64,000 nt of DNA from the NCBI RefSeq assembly GCF_934754625.1, contig NZ_CAKVIU010000001.1. One strand, written 5' to 3'. Shown one piece after another: positions 15,041 to 24,267 of this stretch. Within the stretch, counting starts at the first letter, position 1; each line of letters starts with the position of its first letter. Made by a program: the position numbers and the translations under genes. Source of the stretch: an uncultured Catenibacterium sp. GTDB taxonomy: Bacteria; Bacillota_I; Bacilli_A; Erysipelotrichales; Coprobacillaceae. Under the pieces are notes generated by a model, which saw nothing but the letters and a program-made list of their open reading frames with translations, was not told the origin of the DNA and did no database searches.

Positions 15041-15685
15041 ATGAAATTATTATTAACTGGTTTCGACCCATTTGGTGGCGAACCAATCAATCCTGCCTGG
15101 GAAGCTGTAAAAAGAGTTTCTGACAAGGTAGGAGATGTAGAAGTTGTAAAACTTATGGTTCCTACAGTATTCTACAAATCTATCGATACAGTAGCTGCTG
15201 CAATCGAAAAAGAAAAACCAGATGCTGTATTATGTATTGGACAGGCTGGGGGACGTTTTGATTTAAACCCAGAACGTGTGGCAATCAATGTCAATGATGC
15301 ACGTATTCCTGATAATGAAGGAAATCAGCCTTTAGATGGTCCAGTATTCGAAGATGGTGAAACTGCTTATTTCGCAACATTACCTATTAAGGCAATGGCT
15401 GAAGAAATCCGTAAAGCAGGTGTTCCTGCAAGTGTTTCTAATACTGCTGGTACTTATGTATGTAACCATTTAATGTATGGTGTGCTTTATACACTTGCGA
15501 ATAAATATCCAGGTGTTCGTGGTGGATTCATGCATGTTCCATTCATTACTAGCCAGGTTATTAACCGTAAGCCAATTGCACCATCATTAAGTCTTGAACA
15601 GATTGTGACTGGTATTGAAGCAGCTGTTAAGGCTATTGGTGAAAACCAGGAAGATATTAAGACTGTTGAAGGTCAGACTCACTAA
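15041..15685 (+). CDS. pcp: Pyrrolidone-carboxylate peptidase (pyroglutamyl-peptidase I)
   Basis: N-terminal [13 protein letters not shown] motif plus the conserved Cys-His region (GTYVCNH) of peptidase family C15. Confidence 0.85.
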   Translation: MKLLLTGFDPFGGEPINPAWEAVKRVSDKVGDVEVVKLMVPTVFYKSIDTVAAAIEKEKPDAVLCIGQAGGRFDLNPERVAINVNDARIPDNEGNQPLDGPVFEDGETAYFATLPIKAMAEEIRKAGVPASVSNTAGTYVCNHLMYGVLYTLANKYPGVRGGFMHVPFITSQVINRKPIAPSLSLEQIVTGIEAAVKAIGENQEDIKTVEGQTH

Positions 15686-15712
15686 ACTCTGTATTTAATA
15701 CAGAGTTTTTTT
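15684..15712 (+). terminator. Rho-independent terminator after pcp
   Basis: Hairpin aaactctgtatt-taa-tacagagttt followed by T7. Confidence 0.7.
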
Positions 15713-15748
15713 CTTGCCCTTGAACCTTACTTTAGGGTTAAAATGAAT
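15706..15748. repeat. Copy 1 of a ~43-bp direct repeat (T-run + cttgccctt[g/a]aaccttactttagggttaaaatgaat)
   Basis: Matches copy 2 at 16334..16376 with a single mismatch. Both copies sit directly after a terminator hairpin and before an RBS/start codon. Confidence 0.8.
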
Positions 15749-15851
15749 CTACTGATACGATAAAATTACGCTATGTTAATATGTGTTGCTTGTGCAACGC
15801 AACTATTTACGGTATATATAAAGCAAACAAATGAAAGGAGGTAGCCATAAT

Positions 15852-16217
15852 ATGTTAAGCAAGAATTTGAAAATATTTAGAAAACGAAAAGACTTAACGC
15901 AAGAAAACGTTGCAGAAGCTTTGAACATTGTGCGACAAACTGTTTCGAAGTGGGAAAAAGGAATATCAGTTCCGGATGCCGACATGTTAATAAGATTAGC
16001 AGAAATATTAGATGTGTCTGTGAGCGAACTAATAGGATCAGATGTTGCCGATGAGAAAAATGAAGATATGATAGCAGTTGAACTGGCGAGAGTGGTAGAT
16101 CAGTTGGCAAGTAGAAATCATCGTTCAAAAAAAATTATAAAATGCGTTTTGATTTTTCTTATCATATTGTTGCTGTTTTTTGTTTTCTTAGGCGTAATTA
16201 ATTTTTGTGCTATGTAG
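15852..16217 (+). CDS. XRE-family HTH transcriptional regulator with C-terminal transmembrane anchor
   Basis: HTH_3 motif LTQENVAEALNIVRQTVSKWEKG and a C-terminal hydrophobic segment (CVLIFLIILLLFFVFLGVINF). AAAGGAGG RBS. Confidence 0.7.
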   Translation: MLSKNLKIFRKRKDLTQENVAEALNIVRQTVSKWEKGISVPDADMLIRLAEILDVSVSELIGSDVADEKNEDMIAVELARVVDQLASRNHRSKKIIKCVLIFLIILLLFFVFLGVINFCAM

Positions 16218-16333
16218 TATTTTAAATTATTATTCTTTATGGCAGCATTCATCATAGAATTCTTTATTCCTACACTTATTCAAATGATTATGAAAGATCA
16301 AAAGGTGCTGTAATGAATAGAGCGTTACAGCTC

Positions 16334-16376
16334 TTTTTTTCTTGCCCTTAAACCTTACTTTAGGGTTAAAATGAAT
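16334..16376. repeat. Copy 2 of the ~43-bp direct repeat
   Basis: See copy 1. Preceded by the hairpin gctgtaa..ttacagc. Confidence 0.8.
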
Positions 16377-16393
16377 GTAAGGAGGATATGTAT

Positions 16394-17512
16394 ATGAAGA
16401 AATTAGGATTTGGTTTAATGCGTCTACCATTACTAGATCAAAATGATGCCGGCAGCATTGATATTGAAGAAACTAAAAGAATGGTGGATACATTTCTAGA
16501 AAAAGGATTTACTTATTTTGATACAGCCTGGATGTATTGTGCCTTTAAGAGTGAAGAAGCGACTAAGACAGCTTTAGTAGAAAGACATCCAAGAGATTCA
16601 TTTACACTGGCTGATAAGCTTCATGCAGGCTTTATTGAGACAAAAGAAGATAGAGATAGAATCTTCAATGAACAGTTAAGAAAAACAGGTGCTGGATACT
16701 TTGATTATTATCTCTTACATGATGTAGGAACAGATCATTATAAGAAATATACAGAACTAGACTGTTTCACATGGTTGAAAGATAAGAAAGAAAAAGGATT
16801 AGTGAAACATATTGGTTTCTCTTTCCATGATAATGCTGATTTATTAGAACGTGTCTTATCTGAACATCCAGAAGTAGAATTTGTACAGCTTCAGTTGAAT
16901 TATCTAGATTGGGATAGTGAAGGTGTACAGTCTCATAAATGTTATGAAACTGCAGTAAGACATCATGTTCCTGTATTTGTAATGGAACCAGTCAAGGGTG
17001 GTACTCTCGCAAATGTACCTGATGAAGTAGAAGAGACATTCAAGTCTTATCATCCAGATATGTCTATTCCATCTTGGGCGATTCGTTTTGCGGCAAGTTT
17101 AGATAATGTTCAGGTGGTTTTATCTGGTATGAGTAATATGGAACAGCTATTAGATAATACAGGTTATATGGAAGACTTTAAGCCTTTAAATGATGAAGAA
17201 CAGGCACTAATCAAGAAGGCTGTTGATATTATTAATAGTAGTATTGAAATTCCTTGTACTGGTTGTTCTTATTGTACAGAAGGTTGTCCAATGCATATTG
17301 CGATTCCTAAATACTTCTCACTCTATAATGCTGATAAACAGGAAGTAGCGACTAAATCATGGAGACCTCAGGGAGAATACTATACACGTTTAACACATAC
17401 ATTTGGTAAAGCAAGTGAATGTATTGGATGTGGTCAGTGTGAAGCAGCATGTCCACAGCATCTTCCAATTATTGAGAACTTGCAGAAAGTCGCAGAATAC
17501 TTTGAAAAATAA
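16394..17512 (+). CDS. Aldo/keto reductase fused to a C-terminal ferredoxin-like 4Fe-4S Cys cluster domain
   Basis: AKR fold motifs ([19 protein letters not shown]) plus C-terminal [12 protein letters not shown] and [12 protein letters not shown] clusters. Confidence 0.7.
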   Translation: MKKLGFGLMRLPLLDQNDAGSIDIEETKRMVDTFLEKGFTYFDTAWMYCAFKSEEATKTALVERHPRDSFTLADKLHAGFIETKEDRDRIFNEQLRKTGAGYFDYYLLHDVGTDHYKKYTELDCFTWLKDKKEKGLVKHIGFSFHDNADLLERVLSEHPEVEFVQLQLNYLDWDSEGVQSHKCYETAVRHHVPVFVMEPVKGGTLANVPDEVEETFKSYHPDMSIPSWAIRFAASLDNVQVVLSGMSNMEQLLDNTGYMEDFKPLNDEEQALIKKAVDIINSSIEIPCTGCSYCTEGCPMHIAIPKYFSLYNADKQEVATKSWRPQGEYYTRLTHTFGKASECIGCGQCEAACPQHLPIIENLQKVAEYFEK

Positions 17513-17519
17513 CTTTTTC

Positions 17520-17558
17520 TTAAACATCATGGTAAAATAGTATCATGATGTTTTTTTA
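17520..17558 (+). terminator. Rho-independent terminator
   Basis: Hairpin aaacatcatg...catgatgttt followed by T7. Confidence 0.6.
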
Positions 17559-17570
17559 TAGGAGGAATTT

Positions 17571-18356
17571 ATGAAAACACTCTATGTAACAGATCTAGAT
17601 GGAACATTACTAGAACCAGATAAATCAATTAAACCAGATAATTTAAAACTAATAAATCAATTAATAGATGAAGATGTGAATATTACCTATGCCACTGCAC
17701 GTTCTCTTATTACTGCAAAACAGGTCATAGGTGATATTCACTTCAAACTTCCTATGATTGTACAGAATGGGACTTTTATACTCTCACCTAATGGAGATGT
17801 TATTCTAGGAAACTATTTAGATGATTCTATATTGGATACTGTAAAGAATTATGATATTTCACCTATTGTATATTCTCAAAGAGGAAAGAATACTTACTTC
17901 TCTTATATTAAGGATAAGATGAGTGCAGGAGTAAAAGCTTTTGTGGATGATCATTTAGATGATCCTAGAAATCATCCTGTGAATACTTATGAAGATCTCT
18001 ATGAGGGGGATATATTCTATTTATTATTGATAGATGATTATGATAAATTAAAGCCTCTCCACGATTTATTTAAAGAAGACTATTATGCTGTCTTTGATCA
18101 GGAAATGTATTCTCATGACTGGTGGTTAGAAGTGATGTCACCAGATGCTTCTAAAGCCAATGCTATCAAATACTTAAAACAGAAGCTGCAATGTGATGAA
18201 GTTGTTGTATTTGGGGATGGAAAGAATGATATAGAAATGTTTGAAGAAGCTGATTATAGCTGTGCTGTAGAGAATGCAAATGAAGAACTCATTAAATGTG
18301 CTGATGAAGTTATTCATATAAGTGTGCCTCAGTATATAAAACAGAGAGAAAAATAA
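17571..18356 (+). CDS. HAD-superfamily hydrolase, Cof-like (subfamily IIB)
   Basis: DLDGTLL motif I at the N-terminus and the GDG.ND.EM motif IV near the C-terminus. Confidence 0.75.
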   Translation: MKTLYVTDLDGTLLEPDKSIKPDNLKLINQLIDEDVNITYATARSLITAKQVIGDIHFKLPMIVQNGTFILSPNGDVILGNYLDDSILDTVKNYDISPIVYSQRGKNTYFSYIKDKMSAGVKAFVDDHLDDPRNHPVNTYEDLYEGDIFYLLLIDDYDKLKPLHDLFKEDYYAVFDQEMYSHDWWLEVMSPDASKANAIKYLKQKLQCDEVVVFGDGKNDIEMFEEADYSCAVENANEELIKCADEVIHISVPQYIKQREK

Positions 18357-18404
18357 AATGTTTTTTGAAACTCATAATCAATAATAGAAAGGATGGTGCT
18401 AATT

Positions 18405-18614
18405 ATGGCAACAAAAAGCGTAAATGTAACGGCTCGTGTACAGCCTGAAATTAAGCAACAGGCGGAGGTAGTATTGGAAAAGATAGGATTACTTGTTTCA
18501 GGTATGACGGACGCAGAGTTTAATACATTGATGGAAAAAGGGTATCATCAGGCAAAGACAGAAGAAGGAATTTCTGTTTATGAAGCCTTTGAAAAAATTC
18601 GTGATGGTATTTAA
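18405..18614 (+). CDS. RelB/DinJ-like antitoxin (ribbon-helix-helix), possibly degenerate
   Basis: N-terminal MATKSVNVTARVQPEIKQQAEVVLEKIGL resembles the MAT..N.NIRIDEELK.QAE..LGL pattern of RelB/DinJ antitoxins. The C-terminal half is divergent. Confidence 0.4.
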   Translation: MATKSVNVTARVQPEIKQQAEVVLEKIGLLVSGMTDAEFNTLMEKGYHQAKTEEGISVYEAFEKIRDGI

Positions 18615-18616
18615 GC

Positions 18617-18745
18617 ATGCGGTATGAAGTTGAGCTGACCTCACAAGCAATCGTGCAGTATATTTCTAAAGTACTGTTTGTACAGGAAACAGCACGCAAA
18701 TGGGCAGACACTCTGCAAAGTGAAATCGGTACTTATGAAATTTAA
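18617..18745 (+). pseudogene. 42-aa ORF 3 nt downstream of the antitoxin stop; possible truncated toxin remnant
   Basis: An ATG 3 nt downstream of the antitoxin stop (TTTAAGCATG arrangement) opens MRYEVELTSQAIVQYISK..., the only toxin-like resemblance is this MRYEVELT N-terminus; at 42 aa it is too short for an intact RelE/ParE/YafQ toxin. Confidence 0.25.
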
Positions 18746-18881
18746 TTTTTACTAGCCTGAGATTTGTGGGTTTTCTAAAAAATGTTTTTTTTAATTTTTT
18801 TCAAATCAAAAAAATGGCTTAGTTATCACAAAAAGTAAAGATACGTATTGTATTTTTCTAACTGTAAGCACCTTTGTAACA

Positions 18882-18910
18882 TTGACTAATGTAAGCGTTT
18901 ATGTTAATAT
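18882..18910 (+). promoter_or_regulatory. Sigma-A-type promoter for the alcohol dehydrogenase gene
   Basis: TTGACT, 17-nt spacer, TAATAT. Located about 55 nt upstream of the GGAGGA RBS. Confidence 0.5.
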
Positions 18911-18963
18911 TTTCACTAGATGAAAAGGAACTCATCAAAGGTATTGTATAGGAGGAATATAAT

Positions 18964-20178
18964 ATGAGATTTACATTACCAAGAGATTTATATCATGGCA
19001 AAGGTGCCTTAGAAAACCTTAAGAACTTAGAAGGTAAGAAAGCTATTATCTGCGTAGGTGGCGGAAGTATGAAGAGAAATGGCTTCCTAGACAGAGCTGT
19101 TAAATATCTTGAAGAAGCTGGTATGGAAGTTAAATTATATGAAGGTATCGAACCAGATCCATCAGTAACTACAGTTATGAAAGGTGCTGCAGTTATGGAA
19201 GAATTCCAGCCTGACTGGATTGTAGCTATGGGTGGAGGTTCACCTATCGATGCTGCAAAAGCTATGTGGATTAAGTATGAATATCCAGAAATCACATTCG
19301 AAGAAATGTGTAAAGTATTCGGTATTCCAAAGTTAAGAAAGAAAGCTCATTTCTGTGCTATCCCATCTACAAGTGGTACTGCAACTGAAGTAACAGCTTT
19401 CTCAATCATTACTGATTATGATAAGGGTATTAAATATCCAATCGCTGACTTTGAAATCACTCCAGATGTTGCTATCGTAGATCCTGACTTAGCTGAAACT
19501 ATGCCAGTTAAATTAGTGGCTCATACAGGTATGGATGCTATGACTCATGCTATTGAAGCATATGTATCTACTGCAAACTGTAACTACACTGATCCACTTG
19601 CTATTCATGCAATTGAAATGATCCAGGCTAACTTAGTTAAATCATATAATGGTGATATGAGCTGCAGAGATGATATGCATGATGCACAGTGCTTAGCAGG
19701 TATGTCATTCTCTAACGCATTATTAGGTATCGTACATTCTATGGCTCATAAGACTGGTGCTGCTTTCGTAGACCAGGGTGGACATATTATCCATGGTGCA
19801 GCTAATGCTATGTACTTACCAAAGGTTATTGCTTATAACGCTAAAGATGAAACAGCTAAGAAACGTTATGGTGTCATTGCTGATTACATGCACTTAGGTG
19901 GAGAAAATGATGATGAAAAGGTTGCATTATTAATTAAATACTTAAGAGGTATGAATGATGCATTAAATATCCCACATAGTATCAACCATTATGGTGCTGA
20001 TGGTTTACCAGCAGAAGTTGGATTTGTACCTGAAGAAGTATTCTTAGAAAGATTACCTGAAATCGCTAAGAACGCTATTGCTGATGCATGTACAGGTTCT
20101 AACCCACGTATTCCAACTCAGGAAGAAATGGAAAACTTATTAAAGGCTTGCTACTACGATACAGAAGTTGATTTCTAA
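18964..20178 (+). CDS. Iron-containing (group III) alcohol dehydrogenase
   Basis: Fe-ADH motifs GGGS.D.AK and the metal-binding His cluster (HAIEAY, HSMAHK, HG). Confidence 0.8.
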   Translation: MRFTLPRDLYHGKGALENLKNLEGKKAIICVGGGSMKRNGFLDRAVKYLEEAGMEVKLYEGIEPDPSVTTVMKGAAVMEEFQPDWIVAMGGGSPIDAAKAMWIKYEYPEITFEEMCKVFGIPKLRKKAHFCAIPSTSGTATEVTAFSIITDYDKGIKYPIADFEITPDVAIVDPDLAETMPVKLVAHTGMDAMTHAIEAYVSTANCNYTDPLAIHAIEMIQANLVKSYNGDMSCRDDMHDAQCLAGMSFSNALLGIVHSMAHKTGAAFVDQGGHIIHGAANAMYLPKVIAYNAKDETAKKRYGVIADYMHLGGENDDEKVALLIKYLRGMNDALNIPHSINHYGADGLPAEVGFVPEEVFLERLPEIAKNAIADACTGSNPRIPTQEEMENLLKACYYDTEVDF

Positions 20179-20687
20179 TGTGTAGAGATAAGAACGGTCT
20201 AACTGAAGAAGAATTTTTAAAAAGCTATAATCCTGATAAATATCCTAAACCTTCACTGACAGCTGATATTTGTATCTTTGCTCATTCTGATGTGACAGAG
20301 ATTCTATTGGTTAAACGTGGTGGACATCCTTATATAGGTAAATGGGCACTACCTGGTGGCTTCGCTAATAAGAATGAACCGATTGAAAAGACGGCTTCAA
20401 GAGAACTTAAAGAAGAAACGGGTATAGAAGGTGTGTCCATGAAGCTTGTAGGTGTTTATAGTCAGCCTGGAAGAGATCCTCGTGGATGGGTTGTATCTAC
20501 TGCATTTTATGCAGATGTAGATAAGAATCTTATACATCCAGAAGCTGGTGATGATGCCAAAGAAGCAAAATGGTTCACTATTGTCGATGAAACACATCTA
20601 AGATGTGGTGATATCAATATAGGTATGAATGATCTTGCCTTTGATCATGCTGATATTATTCATGATGCTATAGATAAGGGTCTGTAG
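20178..20687 (+). CDS. NUDIX hydrolase
   Basis: Nudix box GKWALPGGF...EKTASRELKEETG. Start overlaps the adh stop. Confidence 0.75.
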   Translation: MCRDKNGLTEEEFLKSYNPDKYPKPSLTADICIFAHSDVTEILLVKRGGHPYIGKWALPGGFANKNEPIEKTASRELKEETGIEGVSMKLVGVYSQPGRDPRGWVVSTAFYADVDKNLIHPEAGDDAKEAKWFTIVDETHLRCGDINIGMNDLAFDHADIIHDAIDKGL

Positions 20688-20790
20688 AAATACAGATCCT
20701 TTTTTTATGCTCTGATATAGTTTAAAACTATGGTACCCTATTTCATAAAACTATAATCCTACTAAAATAGTAGATTTTACTTATTTTGTG

Positions 20791-20819
20791 TTGACGTGCT
20801 TTTTATGTGGTGCTAAGAT
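20791..20819 (+). promoter_or_regulatory. Sigma-A-type promoter of the metNIQ leader
   Basis: TTGACG, 17-nt spacer, TAAGAT. Confidence 0.55.
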
Positions 20820-20825
20820 GAAACC

Positions 20826-21088
20826 ACATCAAGAAAAGACAGTGAAAAGAAGAGTACTGTAATGAAACTTATACAGAGAGTTCCGTGAGCTGAGAAGGGA
20901 CAAAGGGAAGTTATAGGAAGATGGTCTTGGAGTTGCATGGCTGAAATGTAAGTCATGACGGGAGCGCCCGTTACAGCGATAGAGTATGCATGTACTCGAA
21001 GAGGTTATTAAGGTGACTTAATAATGAATTTAGGTGGTAACACGAAACATTACGTTCTCGTCCTATTATATGGATGAGAACGTTTTTT
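20826..21088 (+). promoter_or_regulatory. T-box riboswitch leader (putative Met specifier) controlling metNIQ
   Basis: Conserved T-box sequence aatttaggtggtaacacg (21027..21044) overlaps the 5' arm of a terminator hairpin acgttctcgtcc...ggatgagaacgt + T6 (21052..21088). An AGAGA-like element and a candidate specifier loop gtaAUGAaac lie upstream. Confidence 0.65.
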
Positions 21089-21110
21089 ATTTAAGGGAAG
21101 GAGTGAAAAC

Positions 21111-22148
21111 ATGATCCACTTAGAACATGTTACAAAAACTTTTAAGACTAAAGATGGCGATGTCCATGCTGTCAAGGATGTCAGTCTGAATATTGAAGAA
21201 GGTGAAATCTACGGTATTATTGGTTTCTCAGGGGCTGGTAAATCTACATTAGTAAGATGTATCAACCTATTAGAAAAACCTGATAGTGGTGCTGTTGTAT
21301 TTGGGGATAAAGATTTATTAAAACTATCCGATGCAGATTTAAGAAAAGAAAGAGAAAAGATTGGAATGATCTTCCAGCACTTTAATCTTTACAACAGTCG
21401 TACTATTTATGACAATATCGCTTTTCCATTAAAACATCTAGGCTGGAGTAAGGATAAGATTCAAAAGAGAGTCTTAGAATTACTCGAACTTATCGATTTG
21501 GTAGAAAGAAAAGATTCTTATCCAAGTCAGTTATCTGGAGGACAGAAACAAAGAGTTGCAATCGCAAGAGCTCTTGCCAACAATCCTAAAGTACTTCTGT
21601 GTGATGAAGCCACAAGTGCTTTAGACCCTCAGACAACACAAAGTATTCTTCAGCTTATTAAGAAAGTTAATAAAGAACTTGGTTTAACAGTTATTCTGAT
21701 TACTCATGAAATGGCTGTTGTCAAGGAAGTATGTGATAAGGTGGCAGTAATGGAAGATGGCCGTGTAGTAGAACAGGGTAACATCGTTGATATCTTCTCT
21801 AATCCACAGCATCAGATTACTAAGAACTTTATCGCTACTACAAATAATCTTAATAAGATTGATGAATTGATCAAAGACAATCATCGTATTACACAGTTAA
21901 ATGAAAACCAACAGATGGTCAAATTACAGTATCAGAGTTCTAATACAGATGTCGCATTAATCTCAGTATTATCAAGAGATTACGGTGTTGATTGTTCTAT
22001 TATCTTTGGAAATGTAGAAATTATCCAGGGACAGCCAATTGGTACACTCATTACAATCTTTACTGGCGAAGATGCAGATATCAAGAAAGCATTAGAATTC
22101 ACAAAACAACAGGGAGTTAAAGTGGAGGTGATTAAACGTGGTAACTAA
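21111..22148 (+). CDS. metN: Methionine ABC transporter ATP-binding protein
   Basis: Walker A GFSGAGKST, signature LSGGQKQRVAIARAL, and a C-terminal NIL/MetN regulatory domain. Confidence 0.85.
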   Translation: MIHLEHVTKTFKTKDGDVHAVKDVSLNIEEGEIYGIIGFSGAGKSTLVRCINLLEKPDSGAVVFGDKDLLKLSDADLRKEREKIGMIFQHFNLYNSRTIYDNIAFPLKHLGWSKDKIQKRVLELLELIDLVERKDSYPSQLSGGQKQRVAIARALANNPKVLLCDEATSALDPQTTQSILQLIKKVNKELGLTVILITHEMAVVKEVCDKVAVMEDGRVVEQGNIVDIFSNPQHQITKNFIATTNNLNKIDELIKDNHRITQLNENQQMVKLQYQSSNTDVALISVLSRDYGVDCSIIFGNVEIIQGQPIGTLITIFTGEDADIKKALEFTKQQGVKVEVIKRGN

Positions 22149-22809
22149 GTTATTTCCAAACGTTATAGAGTTTGCATCAGATTTCCCACAGGCTATTATT
22201 GATACATTATTGATGTTAGTAATCAGTGGTTTAATCTCAGTGGTTATTGGAATCTTCTTAGCAGTTATTGTAGTAGTCACTAGAAAAGATGGGTTAAAAG
22301 AAAATCAACCTGTTTTCTGGATCCTAGATAAGATTATTAACTTATTTAGATCTATTCCATTTATTATCTTAATTCCTACTGTAGCTGTACTCTCACGTGC
22401 TCTATTTGGTACTACAATTGGTATTGAAGGCGCACTTGTTCCTTTAGTTATAGGAACAGCACCATTTGTCGCAAGACAGATGGAATCAGCTATTATGGAA
22501 ATTGATCCAGGTATCATTGAAGCAAGTATTGCGATGGGACTTAGTACAAAAGAAATCATCTTTGATGTTTATCTAAGAGAAAATATTCCAGGGATGATTA
22601 GAGGTCTTACAATTTCATTTATTGCGTTAGTTGGACAGATTGCGATTGTTGGTTCTGTTGGCGCAGGCGGACTTGGTGATATGGCGATCAGATATGGTCT
22701 ACAAAGATCAATGGGAGATATCACATTCGTCGTTATTATCTTAATTCTTATTTTAATTTCAATTGTTCAGGCAATTGGTGACAAACTAGTAGAAAAAACA
22801 ACACATTAA
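22138..22809 (+). CDS. metI: Methionine ABC transporter permease
   Basis: Five-TM ABC permease with an EAA-like loop. GTG start preceded by GGAGGTGA, overlapping the metN stop. Confidence 0.8.
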   Translation: MVTKLFPNVIEFASDFPQAIIDTLLMLVISGLISVVIGIFLAVIVVVTRKDGLKENQPVFWILDKIINLFRSIPFIILIPTVAVLSRALFGTTIGIEGALVPLVIGTAPFVARQMESAIMEIDPGIIEASIAMGLSTKEIIFDVYLRENIPGMIRGLTISFIALVGQIAIVGSVGAGGLGDMAIRYGLQRSMGDITFVVIILILILISIVQAIGDKLVEKTTH

Positions 22810-22832
22810 TTAATATATTGGAGGAAATGATT

Positions 22833-23654
22833 ATGAACAAAAACATTTTAAAGGTATTTACAGCAGGTCTTTTAGCTTTCTCATTAGCAGGATGTGGAAG
22901 TAAGTCAGATTCTAAAACTATTACAGTAGGGGCTACAACTTCACCTCATGCTATTATCTTAAAGCATATCCAGCCAGAATTTGAAAAAGCAGGATATACA
23001 TTAAAGATTAAGGAATTCTCAGACTATCCTAATATCAATCCATCTACTTCAGATGGTTCATTAGATGCAAACTATTTCCAGCATCAGCCATACTTAACTT
23101 CTTACAACAAAGATAAAGGTTATAAGAAGGGTGATGATGGATATTTAGTATCAGTTGGTGCTATCCACTTTGAACCTCTAGGATTATATTCAGCTAAATA
23201 TAAAGCAGTATCTGATATCAAAGATGGTTCAACTATCGCAATTCCTAATGATGCAACTAATGAAGCAAGAGCTTTATTATTACTTGCAGACAATGGTGTT
23301 ATTACATTAAATAAGGATGCTGGTGTTAATGCAACTAAGAAGGATATCACTTCTTACAATAAGAAAGTAGAAATCGTAGAAGTAGATGGCGCTCAGGTTG
23401 CTTCTAAATTACCTGATGTAGACTTCGGTATCATCAATGGTAACTATGCATTAGATGCAAAAGTAACTGATAAAGTCATCACTACAGAAGATGCAAGTTC
23501 TGAAGCTGCAAAGACTTACGAAAACATTGTTGCAGTTAAAGAATCAAATAAAGACAACAAAGCAGTTAAGAAGTTAGTTGAAATCTTAAAGAGTGAAAAG
23601 ACTAAGAAATGGATTGAAAAGAAATTCGGAGTATCTGTAAAACCTGCAGAATAG
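22833..23654 (+). CDS. metQ: Methionine-binding lipoprotein (NlpA/MetQ family)
   Basis: Lipoprotein signal with lipobox LAGC and the MetQ/NlpA fold pattern. Start set at the ATG 9 nt after the GGAGG RBS. Confidence 0.8.
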   Translation: MNKNILKVFTAGLLAFSLAGCGSKSDSKTITVGATTSPHAIILKHIQPEFEKAGYTLKIKEFSDYPNINPSTSDGSLDANYFQHQPYLTSYNKDKGYKKGDDGYLVSVGAIHFEPLGLYSAKYKAVSDIKDGSTIAIPNDATNEARALLLLADNGVITLNKDAGVNATKKDITSYNKKVEIVEVDGAQVASKLPDVDFGIINGNYALDAKVTDKVITTEDASSEAAKTYENIVAVKESNKDNKAVKKLVEILKSEKTKKWIEKKFGVSVKPAE

Positions 23655-23660
23655 TGAATT

Positions 23661-23690
23661 GAAGCGGTCATTCGACCGCTTTTTATTTAT
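23661..23690 (+). terminator. Rho-independent terminator after metQ
   Basis: Hairpin agcggtc-attc-gaccgct followed by T5. Confidence 0.65.
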
Positions 23691-23737
23691 CTAGAAGAGT
23701 ATTTCTTATATAATAGTTCTGTAAGGAGGTCAATTTT

Positions 23738-24265
23738 ATGGAATTTGATCAATTATTAGAAGAAAGATATTCTGTTAGAAAGTTTTCTAGTCAGAAAGTA
23801 GAAAAAGAAAAAATAGATAAAATATTAGAAGCTGCAAGAATAGCACCTACAGCTGTAAATTATCAGCCACAAAGAATACTTGTAGTAGAAGATCCAGATA
23901 ATCTTGCAAAACTAAAGGAATGTACTAGATATCATTTCCATGCACCTCTCGCAATGATTTTATGTTATGACAAGACTGTATCATGGAAGGATATGCATAA
24001 TAGAGAATGTGGGGAAGTAGATGTATCTATTGTGGCTACATATATGATGCTTAAACTCTTTGATTTAGGATTAGGTTCTACTTATGTAGGTTCTTTTGAT
24101 TATAAGGAGTTAATCAAACAGTTTAATATTCCTGAAAATTATGTACCAGTCATGATCTTACCTATTGGTTATCCTAGAGAAGATTGTGTACCAGGACCTA
24201 TGCATGATAAGAGAAAATCAATAGATGCGATTGTATCTTATGAAGAATATACACAGGGGGAGTAA
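23738..24265 (+). CDS. Nitroreductase-family protein
   Basis: RYSVRKF and PTA.N.QP motifs of the NADH/FMN nitroreductase fold. Confidence 0.75.
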   Translation: MEFDQLLEERYSVRKFSSQKVEKEKIDKILEAARIAPTAVNYQPQRILVVEDPDNLAKLKECTRYHFHAPLAMILCYDKTVSWKDMHNRECGEVDVSIVATYMMLKLFDLGLGSTYVGSFDYKELIKQFNIPENYVPVMILPIGYPREDCVPGPMHDKRKSIDAIVSYEEYTQGE

Positions 24266-24267
24266 TA

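Noticed and set aside
16230-16430. 66-aa minus-strand ORF
   Set aside because: It overlaps the duplicated 43-bp element and the terminator hairpin, lacks an RBS, and has a basic, low-complexity composition. It is most likely non-coding.
18750-18830. Rex-box-like half sites (TCACAA) upstream of the Fe-ADH gene
   Set aside because: Only isolated half-sites such as ttatcacaaaaagt are present, with no full TTGTGAA-N4-TTCACAA dyad. Too weak to call.
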